Assembly: GCF_964194025.1 (NCBI RefSeq)
Contig: NC_134470.1
Location: forward strand, 76,384,001 to 76,448,000
Direction: 5' to 3'
From: Convolutriloba macropyga
Taxonomy: Eukaryota
DNA length: 64,000 nucleotides
The notes beneath the pieces are model-generated. The model was not told the DNA's origin, did no database searches, and worked only from the letters and a program-made list of their open reading frames with translations. The position numbers and the translations under genes are program-made. Positions 1 to 12,559 of the stretch are shown here, piece after piece. Within the stretch, counting starts at the first letter, position 1; every line of letters starts with the position of its first letter.

Positions 1-522
1 CAAATTTCAGAAGCCTGCTGTAGATTCTAGGTGCTACACCAACTGCTCTAATTTCAACCAATTTTTTTTCGAAAGAAATCAGGATTCTGGACAAAGTGAA
101 GACTTGTGGAGGGTTCGTACGTAACCCCCAACTACGGTCAACTGGCAGCTCCCGCTTTTTGGAATGATTACTGCGCAAAAAAGTATACAATCCTTGGATT
201 TTAGAGTTTAAGTATACCATATTAGTAGCTGTGAGAAAAATGTCTCTTTACAAAAAGCATACTTGGGAAAAATATAAAAAATTTCGACCATAAAGGAGCA
301 ATCAAAAAAATTTTTTGTTGAATTCACTTTTTGTTTCAAATTTTGTTGTCCTGTCCTTTTCAGGTATGCATGTCAAAAACATGTCTTTCNNNNNNNNNNN
401 NNNNNNNNNNNNNNNNNNNNNNNNNNNNNNNNNNNNNNNNNNNNNNNNNNNNNNNNNNNNNNNNNNNNNNNNNNNNNNNNNNNNNNNNNNNNNNNNNNNN
501 NNNNNNNNNNNNNNNNNNNNNN

Positions 523-1485
523 TGTGACTGCATTTATTTGCTTCAAGAAGTAGTTTCGTTGAATGAATGACGAAATTGGTTTGAACAAGTTTCTATATTT
601 CGGCTGAAATGCTTTATTCAATTTTGAGTGTTTTGTTTTCAACTTCCCAAATTGTAAGTTTCATATTTTGCTGTTATATCAAATCTGGGTTCGGATCATC
701 AAGATATCGAGTTTGTGGATATCGCATTAACTTTAAACATTTATGATAACATTATCTCTTCAAAATTTTCCGGCTGATACTAACAGCAGCGAAAAAGATT
801 CTACCCTGAAAGCGGCCTCTTCAACGAAAACTAAATTTCAAAAATTGACGTCAAGCTTGAATTCTGACCAATTGAAGACGGTATCGGAAAAATGTTGAAG
901 CTTTATTTGAGCGGTCACCTACTTATGTCAAACAACTTAATAAAAAAAGCTTTTTTTTAGTTCTGATGGAAAACAAAGTGAAGCAGTTGCCAAAATTGAG
1001 GCTATGTGCATGTACAACGATATCGCTTTCTGCGGAGTTTCGCATACTAATCAATATCATGTAATGTTTGATGTGTCTGATGCTTCTACAGAGTTATTAA
1101 AACGATCTGAACGTTTTGTGTTCAAGGCTTATATACAAAATATTATTGTTCATTCTCAAATGATAAGGACTTGGAGACAATCGGAGGAGGGAATTTTGAG
1201 AACAAGAAGTTAGTTGTGGAATAAAATGGTTTAAATGCGCACAAAGGAGGATACAAACAAGGTTGAGATAGCCTTTCCAATTTGAGCAATTGCATTAGCT
1301 GCAAACCTGAGCGGACAATTTTGATTGTCCACTATAACTTTGACATTTGACAACTTCTTGCATAGTCCGTACTCTGGTGATTTCTGTCAAATAATGGATA
1401 TTTTTGTGAGTGGTGATGCAAATTTGGAGTTTTATTATGAATTTTTGAGTCATTGCTTAGATAAAAAACATTATCTATATATTTA

Positions 1486-1526
<41 letters not shown>

Positions 1527-2602
1527 AATTAAACAAGTCTGTGTGACTGCATTTATGTGTTTGAAGAAGTAGTTTCGTTAAAGGAATGAAAAACTTGGTT
1601 TGAACAAGTTTCTATATTTCGGCTGAAATGCTTTATTCAATTTTGAGTGTTTTGTTTTCAACTTCCCAAATTGTAAGTTTCATATTTTGCTGTTATATCA
1701 AATCTGGGTTCGGATCATCAAGATATCGAATCTGTGGATATCGCATTAACTTTAAACATTTATGATAACATTATCTCTTCATTAGTTACATCAGATCTTA
1801 TAGGTTCTTCAAATTTTTAAAAAAGATGATCAGGTGTTTCCACTTCAACAAAGATTAACTTTAGAAGAGTATGAAAAACTGACAAAAAGGCAAAAATTTT
1901 CCGGCTGATACTAACAGCAGCGAAAAAGATTCTACCCTGAAAGCGGCCTCTTCAACGAAAACTAAATTTCAAAAATTGACGTCAAGCTTGAATTCTGACC
2001 AATTGAAGACGGTATCGGAAAAATGTTGAAGCTTTATTTGAGCGGTCACCTACTTATGTCAAACAACTTAATAAAAAAAGCTTTTTTTTAGTTCTGATGG
2101 AAAACAAAGTGAAGCAGTTGCCAAAATTGAGGCTATGTGCATGTACAACGATATCGCTTTCTGCGGAGTTTCGCATACTAATCAATATCATGTAATGTTT
2201 GATGTGTCTGATGCTTCTACAGAGTTATTAAAACGATCTGAACGTTTTGTGTTCAAGGCTTATATACAAAATATTATTGTTCATTCCCAAATGATAAGGA
2301 CTTGGAGACAATCGGAGGAGGGAATTTTGAGAACAAGAAGTTAGTTGTGGAATAAAATGGTTTAAATGCGCACAAAGGAGGATACAAACAAGGTTGAGAT
2401 AGCCTTTCCAATTTGAGCAATTGCATTAGCTGCAAAGCTGAGCGGACAATTTTGATTGTCCACTATAACTTTGACATTTGACAACTTCTTGCATAGTCCG
2501 TACTCTGGTGATTTCTGTCAAATAATGGATATTTTTATGAGTGGTGATGCAAATTTGGAGTTTTATTATGAATTTTTGAGTCATTGCTTAGATAAAAAAT
2601 AT

Positions 2603-2642
<40 letters not shown>

Positions 2643-3724
2643 AACAATTAAACAAGTCTGTGTGGCTGCATTTATGTGTTTGAAGAAGTAGTTTCGTTAA
2701 ATGAATGAAAAATTTGGTTTGAACGAATTTCTATATTTCGGCTGAAATGCTTTATTCAATTTTGAGTGTTTTGTTTTCAACTTCCCAAATTGTAAGTTTC
2801 ATATTTTGCTGTTATATCAAATCTGGGTTCGGATCATCAAGATATCGAATTTGTGGATATCGCATTAACTTTAAACATTTATGATAACGTTATCTCTTCA
2901 TTAGTTACATCAGATCTTATAGGTTCTTCAAATTATTAAAATAGATGATCAGGTGTTTCGACTTCAACAAAGATTAACTTTAGAAGAGTATGAAAAACTG
3001 ACAAAAAGGCAAAAATTTTCCGGCTGATAATAACAGCAGCGAAAAAGATTCTACCCTGAAAGCGGCCTCTGCAACGAAAACTAAATTTCAAAAATTGACG
3101 TCAAGCTTGAATTCTGATCAATTGAAGACGGTATCGGAAAACTGTTGAAGCTTTATTTGAGCGGTCACCTACTTATGTCAAACAACTTAATAAAAAAAGC
3201 TTTTTTTAGTTCTGATGGAAAACAAAGTGAAGCAGTTGCCAAAATTGAGGCTATGTGCATGTACAACGATATCGCTTTCTGCGGAGTTTTGCATACTAAT
3301 CAATATCATGTAATGTTTGATGTGTCTGATGCTTCTACAGAGTTATTAAAACGATCTGAACGTTTTGTGTTCAAGGCTTATATACAAAATATTATTGTTC
3401 ATTCTCAAATGATAAGGACTTGGAGACAATCGGAGGAGGGAATTTTGAGAACAAGAAGTTAGTTGTGGAATAAAATGGTTTAAATGCGCACAAAGGAGGA
3501 TACAAACAAGGTTGAGATAGCCTTTCCAATTTGAGCAATTGCATTAGCTGCAAAGCTGAGCGGACAATTTTGATTGTCCACTATAACTTTGACATTTGAC
3601 AACTTCTTGCATAGTCCGTACTCTGGTGATTTCTGTCAAATAATGGATATTTTTGTGAGTGGTGATGCAAATTTGGAGTTTTTTTATGAATTTTTGATTC
3701 ATTGCTTAGATAAAAAATATTATA

Positions 3725-3760
<36 letters not shown>

Positions 3761-4833
3761 AACAATTAAACAAGTCTGTGTGGCTGCATTTATGTGTTTG
3801 AAGAAGTAGTTTCGTTAAATGAATGAAAAATTTGGTTTGAACGAATTTCTATATTTCGGCTGAAATGCTTTATTCAATTTTGAGTGTTTTGTTTTCAACT
3901 TCCCAAATTGTAAGTTTCATATTTTGCTGTTATATCAAATCTGGGTTCGGATCATCAAGATATCGAATTTGTGGATATCGCATTAACTTTAAACATTTAT
4001 GATAACGTTATCTCTTCATTAGTTACATCAGATCTTATAGGTTCTTCAAATTATTAAAATAGATGATCAGGTGTTTCGACTTCAACAAAGATTAACTTTA
4101 GAAGAGTATGAAAAACTGACAAAAAGGCAAAAATTTTCCGGCTGATAATAACAGCAGCGAAAAAGATTCTACCCTGAAAGCGGCCTCTGCAACGAAAACT
4201 AAATTTCAAAAATTGACGTCAAGCTTGAATTCTGATCAATTGAAGACGGTATCGGAAAACTGTTGAAGCTTTATTTGAGCGGTCACCTACTTATGTCAAA
4301 CAACTTAATAAAAAAAGCTTTTTTTAGTTCTGATGGAAAACAAAGTGAAGCAGTTGCCAAAATTGAGGCTATGTGCATGTACAACGATATCGCTTTCTGC
4401 GGAGTTTTGCATACTAATCAATATCATGTAATGTTTGATGTGTCTGATGCTTCTACAGAGTTATTAAAACGATCTGAACGTTTTGTGTTCAAGGCTTATA
4501 TACAAAATATTATTGTTCATTCTCAAATGATAAGGACTTGGAGACAATCGGAGGAGGGAATTTTGAGAACAAGAAGTTAGTTGTGGAATAAAATGGTTTA
4601 AATGCGCACAAAGGAGGATACAAACAAGGTTGAGATAGCCTTTCCAATTTGAGCAATTGCATTAGCTGCAAAGCTGAGCGGACAATTTTGATTGTCCACT
4701 ATAACTTTGACATTTGACAACTTCTTGCATAGTCCGTACTCTGGTAATTTCTGTCAAATAATGGATATTTTTGTGAGTGGTGATGCAAATTTGGAGTTTT
4801 TTTATGAATTTTTGAGTCATTGCTTAGATAAAA

Positions 4834-4875
<42 letters not shown>

Positions 4876-4878
4876 TAT

Positions 4879-4910
<32 letters not shown>

Positions 4911-5664
4911 AACAATTAAACAAGTCTGTGTGACTGCATTTATGTGTTTGAAGAAGTAGTTTTGTTAAAGGAATGAAAAACTTGGTTTGAACAAGTTTCT
5001 ATAGTTCGGCTGAAATGCTTAATTCTATATTGAGTGTTTTGTTTTCAACTTCCCAAATTGTAAGTTTCATATTTTGATGTTATATCAATTCTGGTTTAAT
5101 ATCAAGATATTGCATTTGTGGATATCGCATTAAGTGTAAAAATTTATGATAACACTTTTCTCTTTTTTAGTTACATCAGATCTTATAGGTTCTTCTAATT
5201 ATTAAGAAAAATGATGATCAGATGTTTCCACTTCAACAAAGGTTAACTTTAGAAGAGTATGAAAATATGACAAAAAGGCAAAAATTTTCCGGCTCATAAT
5301 AACAGCAGCGAAAATAATTGTACCCTGAAAGCTGCCTCTAAAACGGAAAATAAATTTTAAAATTGACGTCAAGCTTAAATTCGAAGCGATTGAAGACGGT
5401 ATCGAAAAAAATGTTGAAATTTTACTTGATTGGTCACCTACTTATGTCAAACAACTTCATAAAAAAGTTTTTCCTAGTTCTGATGAAAAACAAAGTGAAG
5501 CAGTTGCAGAAATTGAAGCTATGTGCATGTACAACAACATCGCCTTCTGCGGAGTTTTGCATACTAATCAATATTATGTAATGTTTGATGTGTCTGATGC
5601 TTCTACAGAGTTATTAAAACCAACTGAACGTTTTGTGTTCAAGGCTTATATACAAATTATAATT
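523..5664. repeat. Tandem macrosatellite, ~1.12 kb unit, at least 5 copies, each complete unit ending in a (TA)n microsatellite; bounded by assembly gaps
   Basis: The same ORF-track peptides recur at 1004/2135 (1131 bp apart) and 3145/4263 (1118 bp apart). Copy 1 lacks a ~110-bp internal segment and copy 5 (4926-5664) is more diverged. Confidence 0.95.
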
Positions 5665-7289
5665 NNNNNNNNNNNNNNNNNNNNNNNNNNNNNNNNNNNN
5701 NNNNNNNNNNNNNNNNNNNNNNNNNNNNNNNNNNNNNNNNNNNNNNNNNNNNNNNNNNNNNNNNNNNNNNNNNNNNNNNNNNNNNNNNNNNNNNNNNNNN
5801 NNNNNNNNNNNNNNNNNNNNNNNNNNNNNNNNNNNNNNNNNNNNNNNNNNNNNNNNNNNNNNNNCATCAAAAAATTAGTAGCTTTTGAGCATCATTTAAA
5901 GCGCAAAACGTATGAAATCAACATAATTTGCAATTTCTCTTATATGCCACAATAGAGAGCTTGGTCTTTGTATTGGTTATTTTTTCAGCAAATCAAACAC
6001 CAATTAAAAACCTCTAGCAAAATTAGCAAGACTTTTATGAAAACATTTACACCAACTCATTTTTTGTACCAGTGGGTCCTCCAAATTTTATTTTCCACTT
6101 TTCAATATTTTTTCCATTGAAACATTTTTGTGGTACGATTACCATGCGGTTTTCGTGCCTTGTCTGTTTTATAAAAGTGCGTTCGAATGAAATCTCGTAT
6201 TGGGATTGAGTTAAACAAGACATTAAAAGAGCTTTGATTAGATGTACTCACCTTAATTAGAAGTCCAAAAAAAGTAGAGAATAAAATTACGATTTTTTTT
6301 TTCAAAATTTTAGTTGAAGAAGTTCACTTCAAGTAACAAATTTGCAATGTAACAATGCAAAAGAGAATGTAGAGTGAAAGCTTTCCAAAAGTACTTTATT
6401 CTGATGAGTTTTAAGCTGGTTCATTTGCGTTTGCTTCTCGCTTCTCAAGTGATTTGCGTTTAGAAAATAAAAATGTATGATATTTTTCATTTTAGTTTTT
6501 TATTGTGTTTCTTTACTGCAAAAAAAGATATTAAAAATAAATAAATTTTGAAGCAAAGAACACAAATTTCAAATCTAATTATCAGCAAAATGCATTGATT
6601 GAATATGAACACAGTTAAGGCACTATTTTATACAATTTTTTGAATCATTGCAATAAAATAGAGTTTATTCAGAGTTTTAGGAGTTTTATTATGAGTTTTC
6701 TGTGTTCTGAGTTACAGATAAATTTTTCGTGGGACTATCCTATTGTTTTGATTGCATATTGGGGCAGCTTCAAAACTGTCTCAGGAAATATTTCTCATAA
6801 AATTTTTGCTGGAAAATCGAGAGCTGCCAAAGTTAATCCAGAAGTTAGGTTGTTGTTATTCAAAATTACAGAAAGGGGTGGACTCTACTGAGTGCCTGGA
6901 GCTTGATGGCTCCTATCCTTGGTCACGGATTGAAGTTTTGGAAAATGCGCTATCAATAGTTGATACATGTCTTGATGGAGTGCATCCAAATAACGGCGTT
7001 ACAAAAAATCCGGTAGAAAACAAACGTCACTATAAAATAACACATAACCTACCAATATCCCAGAATACAGTTCAACCTCGGAAATTAAAATAGAAATTTG
7101 AACTTTGCTTGAGTTGAGTAACTTGTTTGACATGATATTTTTACCATTTGTTTTTACTTTCTGGTTTATTTGAGAAATGTGAAAGATCAAGTATAAATTA
7201 AGAAACGTTACTTACTTCAAGTAAAAATGAAACATGATAGTTTAGAAAATGTGCTGATTTATTTCCTGAGAATGCTCATTTTTTTATTC

Positions 7290-10270
7290 ATTGCAGTTTT
7301 TCGTAGCGTTTCATTATTTCTTGACAAAAATTTTTCTGCTTCTTTGTGGTGACATAGAAAAAATTCTAGGCCCTTTGATGATTTAAAATTTTCTACTTGG
7401 ATGGTGCTTTATTTGGCGCTCAAAATAGCATTAAATTTCTACTTTTCAACGTTCGTAGCATACAAAATAAGTATCAAGATATATCAAACTTGCTCCAGCA
7501 GCTGCACTCGGAAACTATTGTTATAGTAACTGAAACTTGGATGAGCAAAGAACAAAGCTTGATTATAAACCTCAGTGCTGAGCACGATTTTATGCATTAA
7601 AATTGGTCACATCAAACAAGAGCAGCCAAGGTTGATTGTGTAGGAATATGGATGCTTTAGAAAATAAAATGTAAACGCAGAAGAGAATTTGATTTGGCTG
7701 ACCTGAAGTTTTTTGAAACGTTGTGACTGGAACTAGGCAATCCTACAATGAAAAAATGTCTCATTAACATCTCTTATTCTCCACATCAAAGCCTGGGTGA
7801 TTTTTTTTAGACGAATTAAGTGCAGAGGTTTCTAATGCGTTCTCAACTACAAGTAATATTCTTTTATTTGGTGATTATAACATTGAAATTGGCAGAAAAG
7901 CCTTCAGAATTTTGCGGCGGGATTAGGATTTCAGTTATCTGACATTGATATTCCTACACGAATAAGTAATAATAAAATAAGTTTGATAAATCACTGTTTT
8001 TCGACTAATGAGCAAATCAATAGTTGGAAAATCTGCTTACCTCCTTTCGATATTGATCATAATGTTTTTTTTTTCAGAGCAAACGTTTTTTTGTTAGGAG
8101 AAAAACAAAATTAGTTTTTCGACGAGATACAAAACATTTTGTCGATGAAAAATTCAATAGAGATCTGGCTCTTGCAGATTGGAGAACAGTGTATTAACAA
8201 AGAAATTAACAAAGAACAGTGTATTAACAATGAAATATTTGCAGAGTTTAACAGAATTTTGTTGAGAACACTCCAGAAAAACGCACCACTAGAGAAGAAA
8301 TTAGTTTCCAATATAAAAGAGACTACTTGAGGTAAACCTTGGGTGACAAAAAAATAAAACAGTTAGTTGCTGAGAAACATCATTACTTCAATGACTACAA
8401 AGTGACACAAAGTTCTGATTCATTTGTGTCTTTTAAAAATTATCTATCTTGTAAATCGAAAGTTAAAAAAACACAAAAACAATTTTCAGAGGACTTTTTA
8501 AGAAAATTGAAACCCCGAAAGAGAAATGGAAATTCATTAAGAAAAAAATGGAAAAAAACAAGAGTCCAAACATCACTGAAATTGGTGAAAAAGGTAAAAA
8601 AAAAACGAAAGACAAAAAATCAATATGCAACGCTTTTAACAGATTTTTCAGCGAAATGGGCATCGACAGAGGGCAGATTGTTCAATTGAACGTCGAAAAA
8701 ATAAAGCGAAAATTTTGAGAATTAAATTTTAGACCTTTTACTTTGAGGGAAATCTATAATGTTATTGACAAGCTAGACAACAACAAAGCGCCAGGGCCGA
8801 GATACATTATTATTTGGGCATTGAAATCCGGCAAAATGCTATTGGGACAAGTATTCAGATTATATTTAACAATTGCATTCAAAATAAAGTTTTCCCAACA
8901 AATCTTAAGGATGCACACATTATTGTCCAATTTCCGTATCACCAACTTTTGCAAAAGTTTTTAAGAGACTTTTAACTAATCAGTTAGTGGAATAACTTGT
9001 AAAGTTTTCGCTTTTGAACAAAAAACCATTTGGTTTCCAATTCAGAAAGTCGTCTACTGATGTTGTGCTTTACTTTATTGAAAAAATAATAAGAATTATG
9101 GAAGATAACAACGACACAGGTGCTGTGTTCTTAGATCTTGCAAAAGCTTTCAATTCAATTTCACATGAGATCTTTTTCAAGAAAGCTGAAAATCTGAATC
9201 TCTCTCAATCAACAATTTTGCTTATCAAATCTTTTCTCGCAAATCGAGCACAATGCGTAAATCTGGGTTTTGACTTATCAGATAAAATAACTATTAATCA
9301 TGGTGTTCCAAAAGGAACTGTGTTAGGACCTCTTATTTTACTGTTATATATCAGAAATTTTTCTGAAAAACCGGAAGGAGAAATTGATGTTGTTCAATAT
9401 GTGGATGACACTAGTATTATACGCAAATTTGAACGCAAATGAAAACATTCCACAAAAAAATGAAAAAATATTAGAGCAAACAGACAACTATCTGACAGAG
9501 AATAAACTCACTTTAAATGCCTATAAAACAGAAAGTTTTTATTTTACCAATCATACTTATTCGGATCCAGAGCTCTCTGTTATAGGCGAAGTTATCACAC
9601 CAGCTCATATTTTGGTTATCTGGGTGTACAAATCGATTCAAACCTAAACTTTGGAAATCACTTGAACTAAGTTTTGAGCAAAATGGCTAATGCAATCCGT
9701 TCTTTGTATCTTGTAAGAAATCAAATTCCCTTGAAAGTAAGAATTGATGTTTTCAAGACAGTTTTACTCTCTCATCTTTCTTTCAGTGGAGTTTTCTTTC
9801 AAACTCTTACAGCAAAAAACATAAACCGTATAAACAGGCAAATTAAATGGGAAATAAAAGTTTGTGTTTTTCGACAAAAATTTAACCATTCCATTGACCT
9901 TCTCATTGAGGATCGTATCCTGCCAGCCGAATTGTTTATCTCAAAATTTAGCCTAACGAAGCTACAAACAGATATAAGACACTGCGAAAAATCCAAAAAT
10001 TTTAAAATGTTTACTATTCGCCATAACGCTAGACAGAACATGAGAAAAAATCAAATTATTATCAAAAAGAAAATGCAAAAGAAATGGAGTAACAAATTTT
10101 TAATCTTGAATGGCGTTCAAAAATGGAACAAATTGCCCTCCTCGATAGGAGTTTTTGACCGAGTTTTTGCTCGATCAACACAAGAAAGTACCCGTTATGG
10201 ACAAATAGGAGCATTCAAATCCCATTTTACCTATGAGAACGAACAGCCATAATTTGAAGATTATTTTATT
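7290..10270 (+). mobile_element. Degenerate non-LTR retrotransposon ORF2 (APE endonuclease + RT), CR1/L2/Crack-like
   Basis: APE motifs FNVRSIQNK, VTETW and GDYNI (~7870). RT motifs GAVFLDLAKAFNSISH, GVPKGTVLGP and YVDDT, with C-terminal WNKLP. Many frameshifts and stops. Confidence 0.93.
7321..7374 (+). other. Degenerate 2A-like (StopGo) peptide upstream of the LINE APE domain
   Basis: Translates LTKIFLLLCGDIEKILGP, two single-base changes from LLLCGDIEKNPGP (att/aat, cta/cca). Confidence 0.75.
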
Positions 10271-11279
10271 AATAACAATGCTTATTAATTTATCAACATT
10301 TTAAAGCATGTAGAAATCTAACCTTAGGGTTAAATTCTGAGTAAATTAGGTGTTTCAAAAAAAAGTGTTCTCTGGGCTCAGCGTCGGAATTGGATCTACA
10401 GTAGCAGTTTGATTTGGTGACGGAGAGGTGTAGGATTAATCTGGAGATTATGGAAGCCTCCAAATTGCTGCTGTGTTCTCACATTCTTACAGACCAAAGA
10501 TCTGGTTCTTGTAAAATGGATCACAACCACAATCGTGTTTCTATATAATGTCCCTCCACTGACATATTAGATCTATGACGATCGTGCTCAAGATAAGAGA
10601 GAATTTAAGCTGATATAGTGCCAACTGAATCAACAGAACGGCCACTGCCTCATTGGTGTTTATCAAGAATCGGAGTCATAAAAATTACAACAAAACTCTT
10701 TAGCAAGCAACGCTCTTTTGTTGTCCAGTCTGTTTTCGTTGAAACGCGTCTGTGGTACGATTACAAAAAAAACTTTGATTTTCTGATATATAAGAGTGCG
10801 TTCAAGAGTGCGGTGAAAATAAAATTGGAAGTTAAGCTGTGCATATGACAATTTTTTTATTTTTTTGAGGCTAACTCTAGTTTTATTGAATTATGGCCTG
10901 AACCAAATCAATAAGTGCACAGTTAAATTACAACGACTATTGTCTAAGGTGTTCCACGCATGAATATGTTTATAAAGTTGAATCTGAACTCCACCAAGTA
11001 GGTAGTTTTTCAATGCTGTTTATATAAACATGTTAAAATGTATGGATTGTTTCGAACAAAATTAGTCTATTGACGCAAGGGTCACACGTGCACTGTTCAA
11101 GCTGGCGTTACCTGCTTAAACCAAAACAATTTTTACTTGTTTTCCGCAACCTTTGAGACCCCCAGATCGTAAAACCCCAAACTAGCATTGTAATCGTATT
11201 GTATACAAACGATAAAAGCAATTATGTTTCTGCCAACCAGACTAACGATTACCAGATTAACAGTAGCTTTAAAAGAGTT

Positions 11280-11700
11280 TGAAGAATTGACAAAAGACAG
11301 AAAAATTGAGTTCTGCAGATAATTTTAACAATTGAAACGATTCTAGTCTGAAAGCGCCTTCTGCAAAGAAATCTAAATTATGAAAAAGAAACATGAATTC
11401 TGAGCAATTGAAGACGGTATCCGAAAAATGTTGAAGCTTTATATGAGCGATCACCTACTTATGATAAACAATTTCAGTTTTTTTTTATTTCTGATGGAAA
11501 ACAAAGTGAAGCATTTGCCAAAATGTGAGGCAATGTGCATGCACAATGCTATCGCCTTCTAAATACAACCTAAAAATGTTTTTTATCAAATGGTAAGGAC
11601 TTGGAGACAATTGGAGGAGAAAATTTTGAAAAAATGAAATTGTTTGTGGAATACAACGTTAAATTGCGTCCTATGGTTTCTGTCAAATAATGGATTTTAC
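11280..11700 (+). repeat. Diverged solitary partial copy of the 523-5664 tandem unit
   Basis: Shares gaattctga..caattgaagacggtatc..aaaaatgttgaagcttta, ttctgatggaaaacaaagtgaagca and aaggacttggagacaat with the array. Confidence 0.85.
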
Positions 11701-12559
11701 AATAAATTATTGAGTTCTCGCTATATTAAGGAAAAAGGAAAAAATTCAAAAAAGTTTACTTCAATAAAAATCTTAGTGTAATTAGAGCATCATACAAGGC
11801 ACAAAGCGTACGAAATTTCGTCCCAGAAGGTCCTCTAAAACGAATTTTTTTCAGTCTTTTTTCGTTGAAACTTTTTTTCTGTACGATTACTATCCAGTTT
11901 TCTTACATTGTCTGATATATGATAATGCCTTCAAATGATTTCTGGCTTTTGGATAAAATATAGCAAGGTATTGAAAAAATTTTGAACAATTGAGATAAAC
12001 GGTTATTTTTATTCGGAAGTATAACAGCAAAGAAAAGAACTCTTTTTCTAAAATAGTGAAAATTCCTGTTTTAATGAAGCAGATTCTGGCAATGTTGAAA
12101 TGTTACTGAGACCAATAACTGAGCGTACAGTCGTTTTCCAAAATTCTAAAAACAGTTGTTTTCAGTGTTCCAATCATGAGTTTTTATATTGAATAGAATG
12201 TTTTTTTCACCAAGTAAGTAAGTACGTTGTTCAGTGTTGTTTATATGTAAAAGTTGGGTAAAGAGGTGAGCAATCTTTGTCTATGAGACACCTAAAGTCA
12301 TGCATGGACTCTTCAATCCCTTGTTATCTGCAGAAACCAAAATCAAAATTTTTATAAATTTTACACCCCACTAGAACCCCTAAGCCCAAAACTGCAAAAT
12401 TATTTTTTTGTTTGCAAAAAGTACAGCCATTTATGTTTCTGCCTACCGGACCAATGTACATGAACGGTTTACTCTTACACCAACGAAATTTCAAGTAGAA
12501 CGCAATTTATATAGAACGCTAGCTGAATATTTTGAATAAAAAGACTAAATTTTCTTTAC

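Noticed and set aside
315-642. ORFs spanning N runs (also 5521-5955 and 22856-23125)
   Set aside because: Artefacts of assembly gaps.
1004-4923. Repeated 69-105 aa ORFs as a small gene family
   Set aside because: They are by-products of the tandem unit, and some run through (TA)n tracts.
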